Part shown: positions 53,328 through 64,000 of the stretch, piece by piece
How positions within the stretch are numbered: the stretch's first letter is position 1
How the letters are laid out: every line of letters starts with the position of its first letter
Assembly (NCBI GenBank): GCA_000320545.1
Contig: ADNK01002378.1
Coordinates: 12,123-76,122, forward strand
Direction: 5' to 3'
Source of the DNA: Bigelowiella natans CCMP2755
Taxonomy: Eukaryota; Protista; Cercozoa
DNA: 64,000 nt
Notes under the pieces: generated by a model
Database searches by the model: none
The model's input: only the letters and a program-made list of their open reading frames with translations
Told to the model about the DNA's origin: nothing
Position numbers and translations under genes: made by a program

Positions 53328-55771
53328 ATGGCGAAGATCAGGAGAGTTGGCAGCCCGTACACTTTCGCAAAAAATATTCCAAATTTTCCCCTGCGACAAG
53401 TACAATTTCAGGTCACGCCTAAAAAACGTACCATCCCGCAAATCCCATTTCCGTTTCCATAAACAACCAGTCCGTTACCTTGTCGCACTTTCTGACCTTC
53501 CGAGGGCGGCGTACCGCCGCCGAGAACCACGGAGATCCAGGCTATTTTTCGCTCGAGATCAAGGATGCTGGGCTGACGAGCGCTCAAAAGCCCTCCGAGC
53601 CCAGGCTCATGAGAGACCGTGGATGTATCCCGCTTGATTTGTTATCCACATCGCCTCGAGTTTTGATCTTCATGAATGCGGGAGTACAGGTGGGACAATG
53701 AATTAGGGAAGGTTGGGTAGGAGGCGAGGAGGCATACGGATGCTGCATACGGATGCTAATAGCGCCACATATTACATTACGTAGGGTTGCCCAATGGCTC
53801 GCACTTCGACGTACTCCCTTAGGTAGTTTGAGTATTCGGTATTGAAACTTATGCCATGAATGTTACCATTTCGGTCCAGATTGCTGTCATTGGCGAGTCG
53901 GATGAAACTACTCAGGCGTTTTCACAGTAAGGCTGGTTGCTTGTCACTTTCCTTTTCCACTAAATCGAAGCGTATCGCATCGAGGAGACCGACGGCGAGA
54001 AGGAACGGTAAGCTTTGAACCAGTGAGTAACCCGCGACTGTTCCGATACGGCTAACCCGATACGACGAATCCGATACATACTTAGCCCTTCCGTTAAACC
54101 AACTATTGAAAGCTACGATCGCAACAACTGCTGTGGGGTGCTGCGGCGTCCTTGGTATGTTCACATTCATAAAAGTGGAACAAAATGCCCGTTCCGACGA
54201 GCATGAGTTTGAATGAACTGGGGAGAGCAACTAGAAGGAATAAACCCCTTTCACCATCTGAAGAAAAAAGCCCGCAACAAAAGACGAAGTGCTATAGTGC
54301 ATGACGTGAACATGATCTCAATGGAGGCTGTGCAAAAAAAAAAAAAACATCGACATCAACATAACTCCTTTATCCACTTGATCAGCAACTGTAGAATGGG
54401 GCTTGTTCGAAAGGGGAGGCGCTTTCGGAAGCGGATGGAGTAGTGTAGATGCCATTGCAACCGCTAAGGAAGCAGACAACTTATACGTAAAACCCTCGCA
54501 GATTCCCAACGCTGGGAGTGGCCTCTATGCAAAGGTAATAGGTTTAACGTTACGTTTTGGGGGATGAGAGATGTGGCTGGCGGTGACAAGACGGTGAAGT
54601 TTCTGTTGAGTGTTTCATTGTACTTCTACATCTTTCCTTGATGACCGACATTCATACTATTAGAAAAATTTTGTTGAGGGCGAGGTCGTCTGTGAATATT
54701 CGGGCGATGTCTACAATATATTCCAGTAAGTTTGAGTGAATCTTAACCAAGTAACAAACGTGTACATCATTTCGGAAACTGCTGATGGTTAAACAAGAAA
54801 ATGCCTACGCAATTAGCACAATGATACGCTCTGATTTTCATTTCACCTCTCTTTCTAGATTCATGAGCAACGATTCGACATATGCGCTTGAATTGAGTGT
54901 AAGTGAAGGAAAGATGAGTTAGCATGCTACGCTACATGTCAATCCAACCCCTTCTTCGTGTACGAGACTTCTGATTCCTCTGTCACTCACGTTTCATCAC
55001 TTTCCATCGCCTTTCTTATCGAGAGGGAAAAATTCACTAACTACATACATCACTGTTGGAAAGAAAATGGGCAGGATCTAGCTCGGTGTAAATGATTTTC
55101 GTACTTTTAGTTACGTAACCATTGTCAATTTTCGACATTTTCCGAAGCACAAAGTCGCTATGATGAGAGGATATTCATTTCTAAATTTCAGCCATTCGTG
55201 TACGTCGACGCCAGACATCACGAGGAAGTCCTCGGCAGGTTTGTGCTAGGCTAAGACGCGCAGCTATAGAACAAGATAGCTATAAAGACCAGGCCGGGCA
55301 GAGGGAGGAAGTGAGTGTTGAGACCCAAGCTTTGGCAAGACTTCTAGCGAAAATGCTTCATGAATTTCTGTTCATGGGAAGTATTGAAGCAACCAATATT
55401 CACAAAACTAAATTACGCTGATGATCCCATTAGGTATATAAATGACCACGGTGACCTAGCGAAGATAAATGTGGTGTGGGAAAAGCACCCATGGCAGGTA
55501 GACAAGCACGAAATGGGCGGATATCCGCTATACATGCATACACTTCCTCAATTTCCCACTCCTTTTTAGTGCTTCCTTTTCAGATTGATAGAAAGATACA
55601 TTGTAGATATTATCTACTCTATTCTACTTACTACGATGATATTTGGCGCAGGGTAAAGCTTTTGTTGTTGCCAGTCGTGATATTCAGAGTGGTGAGGAGC
55701 TCTATGTTAGTTATGGAAGCCGATATTGGAAGCTGGCAGGCAGAGAATTGCGCCAAGGCGCAGAGCATTGA
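53328..55771 (+). CDS. SET-domain protein lysine methyltransferase; multi-exon, 5' exons uncertain
   Basis: LYVKPSQIPNAGSGLYAK/KNFVEGEVVCEYSG../YVDAR..LGR/YINDH../AFVVASRDIQSGEELYVSYGSRYW (all SET motifs, 54390-55771). Confidence 0.85.
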
Positions 55772-55895
55772 AAACGTTTTGACATACTCCATGAACGTCG
55801 TCGACGTTGAATGGTTCACAGTGCTTATCAAATTGTCAGTGTAAGTAGCTTGCAGTGATGATTGAGTATGTTGCACATATTTACGCTAATGCGTA

Positions 55896-56289
55896 GAGTT
55901 GATGACGGATCAGCAGCCCCCATTCCCTCTGATCCTGAGCAACAGCGACTTTGCAATGTGCCAGCACCACGAATTTTCATTTTTTTTTCACGCGGACTTC
56001 GACATTCGCTTCTCCTGCGCCTGCGCAGTGTGAAGTTTTGGGGGACTTGTGCAAGCATTGCTGCATGACATGAAACGAGAGTTCCCGCCACACTTTCATG
56101 AAAATTCAATTTGTCTTGGCTCTTTCAATTTTCAAAGCCTGTGTTGTCCCACAAAGATGGACAATCAGCAGGTGCAGAGCAAGCGAATGCCGAAGTCCGC
56201 ATGAAAAAAGAGTTGAAATTGAACGCGCTGGATTTTTCATGGAAAGTCGTCATCTGCAAAAATGGGGCCTGCTGATCCGTCATCAACTC
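55896..56289. mobile_element. 394-bp non-autonomous fold-back element (MITE) with 29-bp TIRs and 3-bp TSD GTA
   Basis: Left GAGTTGATGACGGATCAGCAGCCCCCATT pairs with right AATGGGGCCTGCTGATCCGTCATCAACTC (28/29). An inner arm at ~55972-56021 pairs with ~56170-56220. GTA flanks both sides (55893-55895, 56290-56292). Confidence 0.8.
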
Positions 56290-56631
56290 GTAGCTGTGCT
56301 GGTGTGGCACCCAATGTAGGCTCTCAGCACCCTCGATTCGCGCACAACAGCACATGTGCAATGAAACACCTGCAATTGCTCTACATGGGCTGTACACTTG
56401 ATTGACATTGCACGCATGCACGTGCATGCATGCTAGTATCTACACAGTTGGATCACACGTGCCGCACCGCACAACAGTGGTTTTTGCTTTTGCGGCTAGG
56501 CAGTGATGTGTGAGACTGATGTAATGAAGTGACAAAATCTTTTCAATGGTGATGTGTGCACGTTGACGTATCCTAACATCTAGCATAGACAAGATGGACC
56601 GAATGATTCATATTTCCCATCCACTCCATCG

Positions 56632-56713
<82 letters not shown>

Positions 56714-56950
56714 CCTCCACCGGACATGCAGCAACGTTGCTTCACGGGTCCAATTAATTCCCCAAAACCAGAACAGAGTGAGATTTGTTCCTGCCTGGAG
56801 GAGGGATTACAAGCTATGCAGAGCAAAAGGTTGATTCTTGCTTGGCTAGAAGAAGTGAAGAGGAGTGCACGCACAACTTTGTCTACACGTGGAGCACGCT
56901 GACATTACCAGAAGCATGCTGCAGGACCTGCTCGTACATCATGGTTTAGA
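56290..56950. other. Palindrome-rich intergenic island 9 (adjoins the MITE)
   Basis: GCATGCACGTGCATGC, GCACATGTGC, CATGCTAG between the SET 3' end and the Piezo-like gene. Confidence 0.6.
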
Positions 56951-57070
56951 GCACATTCAACCCAGACAAATTGATGTCGCGTATCCCCTGGAAACACATC
57001 GATTTGCTCCTGCGTCTTCCCTAAATCGTGTCGATGCAGCGAGGCCCAGATCACCAAAAGCTTCGGAACC

Positions 57071-57109
57071 AAGGAGTAGATCTAAGGAGTAGATCTACGA
57101 AGTAGATCT
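57071..57109 (+). repeat. 13-nt tandem repeat x3 (AAGGAGTAGATCT) upstream of the Piezo-like gene
   Basis: AAGGAGTAGATCT AAGGAGTAGATCT ACGAAGTAGATCT read directly from the sequence. Confidence 0.85.
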
Positions 57110-57136
57110 GGGCGACGAAATCTGGTAATAATCCGC

Positions 57137-59280
57137 ATGAACGGACGAATCACAGGTACTCATACCACACATCGGCAAATTTCCAAGAGAAGACGTTAGC
57201 ATGAATCGGGATATCCCTAAGAAATATTAGTTTTCTCCCAAATTGTGTTGTCGCTATTGCATAATATCACCAGTTATCATGTAAAACTAGGCAAAAACCG
57301 GAAAGGCAAGTTTTAGCAACACAAATCCGTTTATGCTATGCAGGATACCCTCGCAGAATGGACGTCCAATGGCCTCCATTTACGACAATTTGCGATTTTC
57401 CTTCTTTTTTCTTTTAAATAGCCTAATATTATTTGATATAATTTAGAGAAATCATGTCGCGATCAAAAACTGCAAGGTAGTCTCCATTTTGTCGATCAGG
57501 ACATTCAGCTATAAAACACTGAGGTTGCCTTCAATGCCTTCGGAGGAAAAATGTTTGCTGTGTTGAGCCTCTTGGCTCTTGCGGTCCTGCATGTTCTGAA
57601 TGGCGCGTGTGTATTCATAGACATATGTGCAGGACTACCTTACGATGAGCAGACTGCCTCAAAAATTGCAAACATATATTTAGATGTGGCTTTAGTAAAG
57701 ATGTCGGCATTTAACTGTTGCATGTAGACACTTCTTTTTTAAGTCCTTTGCCGAACACACCATTTGTTCTCGAGCACCGCCTACAATTTCTATCTACATT
57801 TGTATCTTTCATAGCGAACTATATCCTTATAACTCGTAAACATTTGCTAATCCAGGACTCTTCCTCCCCAGTGACGTGACCGTTTGAGCCACTTACCCAC
57901 CCACCCACCCACCCACAACGTGAAGCTTCCATACGGGTGGACCACAGGAATTAAACAAAACCTCGGCGCTGACTCGATCGATGGGGAAAGCGCGCACGAT
58001 ATCCAGATAATAGTCGGTGGAGGGGTTTCGCAAGCACAATGCAAGGCCAGAATTGCGGCCTCGAGCTGGTGCGATGGATATTCCCTTATTTTCTGGTAGC
58101 TGCAGCCGCCCTCCGGTGCAACCTGCTGTCTGTGGGGTATACCGTCCTCTGGCTTCTTTACTTCGCCCTCCAACCGATACAAAACAATGCGACGTAAGAA
58201 TTGTAGTTGTAGTTGTAGTTGTAGTTGCAGTTTTGGTAGTCATCTGAAATTAGAGTTCCTAAGATCCCCCCCTCTTATAATTTGCGCACTCTCGTTGACT
58301 TTGAGCGCTCCACTCGTGCCTTTTTATTCGCAAGTCTCACTCCACCATTCGTGTATGTGTACGATCCATATCACCAGAGGCACTTATTTCTCGCCATCGT
58401 ATTGGATCTCCGCTGCAGCCTACACTTCTCTTGCCTGCATTATCCGAGCATCGATTCTCCTGTTCGTATCGCTGCCACCCCCCTCTTCCGAAGTTCCTGG
58501 GGTTTCAGTTCTACGTTGGATTCTGCAGTTGTTAGGAGTTGCGTCCCAGCTAACTGACACAGATGCTGGCAACGGCTCTGGCGACATTGGGGGATATATA
58601 GTAGGCGGGGGGGGGAAAGGAGAAATCTTTGATATACTGCACGCCGTTTCTGAGGTAATACTTGACACTCTCGCTCTCCCTCTCCCTTGAATGTGCGTGG
58701 TGGTGTGCGAATATCTGACATTTCCATGCTCCATCGTATGCAGGTGTGCGTGTGTGTGATATCCGTAGCGATGCTTTGTCGTCTCCTCTGTGAGCAGAAT
58801 CGGTCAGTTATTCGCACATCTCACATTTTCACAAGAACAAATAGTAGGGATAGAGGGCGAAAATGTATGGCTTCCACGCCTTTCCCCTCCGCAATCTAGT
58901 AGGGTTACGGCACTTTCAGGAATGTAGTCTAAGAATAGTCGCGTTTTACGTAATGGAGAGGGTGTTATCGATAGCAGATAATTTCCATAACGTCAAGTAT
59001 GAAGAGAAATTCTGTCAGAATTGGTAGAGTTTCTCATTTCGCTAGCCTCTTCGTCCCTCCTCCTCTCTTACCTTAGAATGGCCCCGTGGCAGCTGAAAGC
59101 ATATCCAGACTTCCATCAAAGGACGATTTTTAGCTCTCTGATAGTCGCAGCGATAGCATGGCCGAGCTTAGGCAGCTTTCCTTACATCATCCTCGCCATG
59201 CTGAACCTCGTCAATTGGAGCATCACTGTAAATATTGTGACACATTAACACAAACATAAACACAAACACACACATACTTA

Positions 59281-59323
<43 letters not shown>

Positions 59324-59497
59324 CAAGTCTACCTAGACACAGCAAATCTCTCATTATTATTTGGCTTGTATCTACTACTTGTGCCACACACACACATACA
59401 AACACACACACACACATCCCTACACAATCAGGAGAGTAATCTGTGGGCATGCTGCAATGGTCTTCCCGTAGCGGTAGTAGCAGTAGTATTATATGTG

Positions 59498-59528
<31 letters not shown>

Positions 59529-60393
59529 AGGGAGGGAGGGAGGGAGAGAGAGAGAGAGAGAGGTGGCGGGGTGGGGGACACAACTGCCCGCATAACAGCT
59601 TTCTTATGTCGTTTGCCGAGGGAGGGGATACTTGTTTTAAATTGCGACCTTATAGACAAGGAAGTTTGATGAATGTGCGAATCTGAAGACGTTGCTTCTT
59701 CGTTGGCTTCGAGTGCCCGTGCACACAACACACGCACGTGCACCGGGAACACACAAACACACAAATCAGTACACATGTGCGCCGTGCGTACAAAGCTCAC
59801 ATGTGTATGGTAATGTATCCTTCCAATTTGAATCTATATCAAGGTTTTGGCCTGGTATTCTGGGATAAGACTTTTCATCCTGCTGCTACTCTCCCTCCCC
59901 ACAACACAAGACGAGGCCCTTTTCCCACGCATTTTGCTGAAAACTTTAGGTGGTGAAACAGACGCAGCTAGCTGCCACTACAAGCTTAACCGAAACGACG
60001 TCATTGCGATTCAAATTGCTTATCTTTAACAACGATCTTTTGATGTTGGTGTCGTTTTCCCATCGTCGCCTTCGTCGTCATCATCATCATCATCATTATC
60101 ACCACCACTATCTTCGTAATCACCACCGAATTCTCATGTTTTCCTTCACGCCGTCTTGCCGTTGGGATCTTCTTCCCCGTTGTTGCATTTCTAGGGCTGC
60201 GCATATACATCACCAGCCCCCGGCTGATCACAGAGGGAATCGCTATTTTAGCCGAGATGGTGGCATACGGGGTAGTAGCTCGCCTGCGTTTGTTTGCCCG
60301 TTTACTTGCTTTGAGGCACTGAACAGGGCGAGGCGACGCGGTGGATCGAGAGAGCACGAATTAGCGCAAAGACTGAACGACTCGTAAAACTGT

Positions 60394-60425
<32 letters not shown>

Positions 60426-61541
60426 TCTGTTAGGCTGCCTGCTTTCACTACCATGAGATCGCGTTCGCGGAGCCAGGGGAAAGGCTGGGGGAAACTGAGC
60501 TCATCCTCCCCGCCTCAGAAAGGTGCTGTGGAGAAGCAGAAATGCGCGCCGTGCGTACGATGTATGGCCATGACACTGCGCCCCTCCTCGCCCCCACTCG
60601 TAATTAACGCCGAAAGGTGAAGCCGACTTGATTGGTTGATTGTGTGCGCGTGCGTGTTCTTGCAGGAAGTTGAACCGGCAATCTTCTCTCGTCACAAAGT
60701 AGGTTTATAGATGTTTCATATAGCAGTGGTACAGATGGTGATGGTGAAAATGGTGATGGTGATGGTGGTACATGCACTGGTATTGAGAGGTTTGTTGCGG
60801 GTTTTATCTCAATTTTCGCTTGTCCTTATTTTGCGCTATTACCCCCCATCCCCCATCCCCCATTCCAAGAACGAGCCAGGGTTTCGAGTCGCTACTGTTT
60901 TCGCTCCGGCCACATGCGTACAAGTGCTGCCTGCTCTCCCTCTTCATTACGTCGATTCAGGTAATAAGTAGGTCTCACGGCAGGGAGGCCAATCAGCATT
61001 TCTCTGCCCATTTCTGCTATCTAGTGAAGATATTATCGATCATACGTCTGATCATTCCCCCCCCAACCCTTTTCCTTCCCCCCCCCACCAATTGTCGCTA
61101 GATTCCGTGCCTCCTCTCCGTACCACTCCTCTGCATGCTGTTCATCGCAATCATGCTGGAGAAAGGCCAGTTTCCTTACCTCTGGACATCGGTGGCATTT
61201 TACCCCCCTCTACTGGCGTTGACGCAGTACGCGTTTGCACTGCCTAACGTGCTGCCGAACACGCACACCCTTTACATAGTAGGCCTTTGGCGCCCGGTAA
61301 GAAAGCAGTGCCTTATTAGTCGGAATTGTTGTTGTTGCTGTTGCCTGCCGTGATGCTTGCGAGTCTCTTATTCTTCAATGTTGCATGATTCTTCTCAGCC
61401 CGTGCCACTCACAACCACCTCATCAGCTTACTAGTTTTCCCATCTCGCCCCCCTCTAACCCCCTTTCCTTAACAATAGACATATCCATGCCTCTATCTGG
61501 CAGTTGCTTTCCTTCCTTCTCTCGGTAAGAGAAGATTTGAA

Positions 61542-61586
<45 letters not shown>

Positions 61587-62054
61587 GGGCGAGGAGAGGA
61601 GGAGGCGGCGGATGATGATGATACATGACGATGGTGTGGCATCTGGCAGCTTTTGGGTTCTACGGCTACATTCTGCGGGGGACTTCTGGTCGCGGATTAC
61701 ACGCATTCACGAAGGAGGGCGCATTTGAAGCTGTGAAGTCGGGAAACATAGAGGTCTTGTGCAGCATCTATAGTTGCTTTCCGTCGCTTGGCGCCGCTGC
61801 TACTAGACAATGAGCAAGTTAATAATAGTGGGAAGCAGTATTCTAAGTGAGCTATGGAGAGGCGAGTTAATAGTGGTTATTGGATGCTGTCATAACATGC
61901 CTTGTCTTACGGATGATTGTTGTCCCCAATGCAGTTAATACTGAAGCTCACGGAAGCAAACTCCTGGGTAGAAAAGCGATGAAGATGACGAAGAAGCTGT
62001 TTACATTCATACCTACCCGCTGTCGCACTCAAATGCAAACCTTTCAATTTCTCC

Positions 62055-62087
<33 letters not shown>

Positions 62088-63019
62088 CCTCCCTCCCTCC
62101 TTCCCTGTGGCCTTTCCTCTTTCATTTTAAAGAGGGGTGAAGACTAACGTCAATGTCATCATCCTGGTCTTTTTTGCTGTAATGGCTAGATACTGGGCGA
62201 AGTTACCGAAGTCGGAAACTCGCTGCTGCACGTACGAGAAGACAAAACGAATTATGCTTTCATAATACATGCAATAGGAAGGAAGGGAGGGAGGGGGAGA
62301 GAAACATCAGAACTAACATTTTAGATAAAAGTAATATGTGTGGAAAAATATTTCATCTACATAGAACTAGAGTGGAAAGCTATTTTTTAAAATTTTGACC
62401 GTGACGGTGACAGTAGCCACTTCGCGACGATTATCATCAGTCATCATGAAATTATCACCATCATCATCATCGTCGTCATCATTATCATCATCGTAATCAG
62501 GTGGCGTGCGGTTATAACCAGCGGAAGATCGTGCGAATACTTCTAGAATACATTCGGGTAGTAAGGAAGGAATGCACGAGAGAAGCATCGATATCAACTG
62601 GCGACTCACGTTTGATGATGATAATAATGACGATTGTTGTTGTTGTTTGTCGTCTTCTTCTCCTTCTTCTTCTTCGTCTTCTTCTTCTTCTTCGTCTATT
62701 CCTTGCCCCCCCCCCCTTTCCCAGAGCTCTCCCGACCCTGCACTCTCAATCAACCTGAAAAATCTCTTCGGCGATACCCCGCTGCACGTTGCGGTTCGGA
62801 ACGGATGCGTGAAGGTCAAACCGTTTTCCAGCATTTCTTTACCACCGCGCCCCCCCCCTTCATATTTGTTCACTTCCCATGCTGCACTGCTGTAGGTTGA
62901 GGAAATTCTAAAGAGGCAGCGTGGAATTGACCTGAACATCAGAAACGAGAAAGTAATACCCCACCCCCCCCCTCCCTTGACGGTGTTCTCGTTCCTCAAA
63001 CGACATTCTTCTGGATGGC

Positions 63020-63057
<38 letters not shown>

Positions 63058-63216
63058 CCATACAGCAGCACATACCCGTGTTGGCTTCTACCTATTCGAT
63101 GAGCTGAATGAAATCAATCTCGTCAAATCAGGGCAAAACAGCTGCATCTCTTTCCGACGGATATGCCGTGCGAGTGCGCCGAGGATTTCGGAATTTCAAC
63201 GACTTTGTAGTCTGGG

Positions 63217-63250
<34 letters not shown>

Positions 63251-63309
63251 TTCTTCCTTCGTGAAATAGACACGCGCTCTACAGCGTAGCACACAGCGAA
63301 CGTCTCCTT

Positions 63310-63347
<38 letters not shown>

Positions 63348-63601
63348 TCTCTCTCTCTCCCTCCCCCCCTCTCACCCTGTATTTCTCTGCCCTCGTGCGC
63401 GCACATTTGCGGTGCTGTTACTGCTGCTGCTGCTGCTGCTATTTTGTTGTTGTTGTTTGTTGTTGTGACTCGTCGTCCGTTTCTCTCTTGTTCTTCAGGT
63501 GTTTCTATCAAATGCCGAGATGCTGACCCTCGTATTCGTATACGCTGTCGGTATGTTCGTGATTGCAGCATCGGCGTGTATTATTACACACACATTGCAT
63601 T

Positions 63602-63673
<72 letters not shown>

Positions 63674-64000
63674 CTCGCGACGAGACATCATCCTAATGCA
63701 TGATCGATTCCTGCAGGAATGGGAGCGGTGAACATCCTCCATTCGCTGTACCTGGTGCTCTTCCTTATCTTCTTCTCGGCGCCACGGCTCTCCAAGACTA
63801 TGTGGCTTGTAGTGGTACATACACGACGACAACAACGGAAGCAGCAGCAGCAGCTCATATCTTCTTCGCAGTTCAAATATGTTTTTCCCCAAAGATGGGG
63901 GGCGGGGAGAGGAGGAGGAGTAGGGGGAGGGGGTGAGTAGCAGCAACCACAACACAAGTATCCTTTGCTTTGCTTTGGCTTCAATATGCTTCCCCACCCC
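57137..64000 (+). CDS. Piezo-like mechanosensitive channel (N-terminal blade repeats) with inserted ankyrin repeats; runs off the window
   Basis: TM exons LIVAAIAWPSLGSFPYIILAMLNLVNW, IPCLLSVPLLCMLFIAIM..FYPPLLALTQYAFALP and GMGAVNILHSLYLVLFLIFFSAPRLSKTMWLVVV match Piezo THU patterns in the expected order. Ankyrin exons GNSLLH/VACGYNQRKIVRILLE and INLKNLFGDTPLHVAVRNGCVK/VEEILK..IDLNIRNEK/GKTA. Start approximate; pore region not in the window. Confidence 0.72.
63602..63673 (+). repeat. (TCATCG)n intronic microsatellite
   Basis: About 12 hexamer units. One of dozens of (AT)n, (CT)n, (GT)n and triplet tracts in introns, e.g. 9713-9752, 25641-25722, 44884-44947. Confidence 0.9.

Noticed and set aside
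57071-57109. Short repeats as a CRISPR-like array
   Set aside because: No spacers, only three 13-nt units, eukaryotic context.
41985-64000. Formin and Piezo-like gene (plus the MICAL-like gene) as a cytoskeleton/mechanosensing cluster
   Set aside because: They are separated by unrelated genes and show no shared regulatory signal; chance proximity is sufficient.
1-64000. tRNA, rRNA, autonomous transposon or viral genes
   Set aside because: No cloverleaf, rRNA, transposase, reverse transcriptase, integrase or capsid motifs were recognised by eye; a tRNAscan/Infernal/HMM run would be needed to exclude them.

Overview
Intron-rich eukaryotic nuclear DNA carrying about 16 spliced protein-coding genes. 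It most likely comes from a chlorarachniophyte alga (Bigelowiella-like), inferred from nucleus-encoded plastid proteins with bipartite signal + transit leaders and a green-algal-type plastid L28. Genes, left to right: ERK7/MAPK15 (-), plastid rpl28 (+), orphan (-), PDZ-containing multi-exon gene (+), MICAL-like flavin monooxygenase (+), PLGG1/LrgB transporter (+), small conserved protein (-), Aha1 N-domain protein (+), unknown type II membrane protein (-), UDP-glycosyltransferase (+), a 59-aa ATP synthase 6 kDa (i/j-like) microprotein missed by the ORF track (-), BET bromodomain protein (+), RluA pseudouridine synthase (-), secreted Gln-rich protein (+), formin (-), SET-domain protein (+), and the 5' part of a Piezo-like channel (+). 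Main observations: (1) the Piezo-like channel has an ankyrin-repeat module spliced in frame into a blade loop; (2) a distinctive island of 0.3-1 kb, rich in CATG/TGCA/CTAG palindromes, follows every + strand gene 3' end and fills every convergent spacer, and several islands share a 12-bp palindrome; (3) a 394-bp fold-back MITE with a 3-bp TSD lies behind the SET gene. Gene models were spliced by eye, family calls come from remembered motifs rather than database searches, and multi-exon boundaries are approximate.
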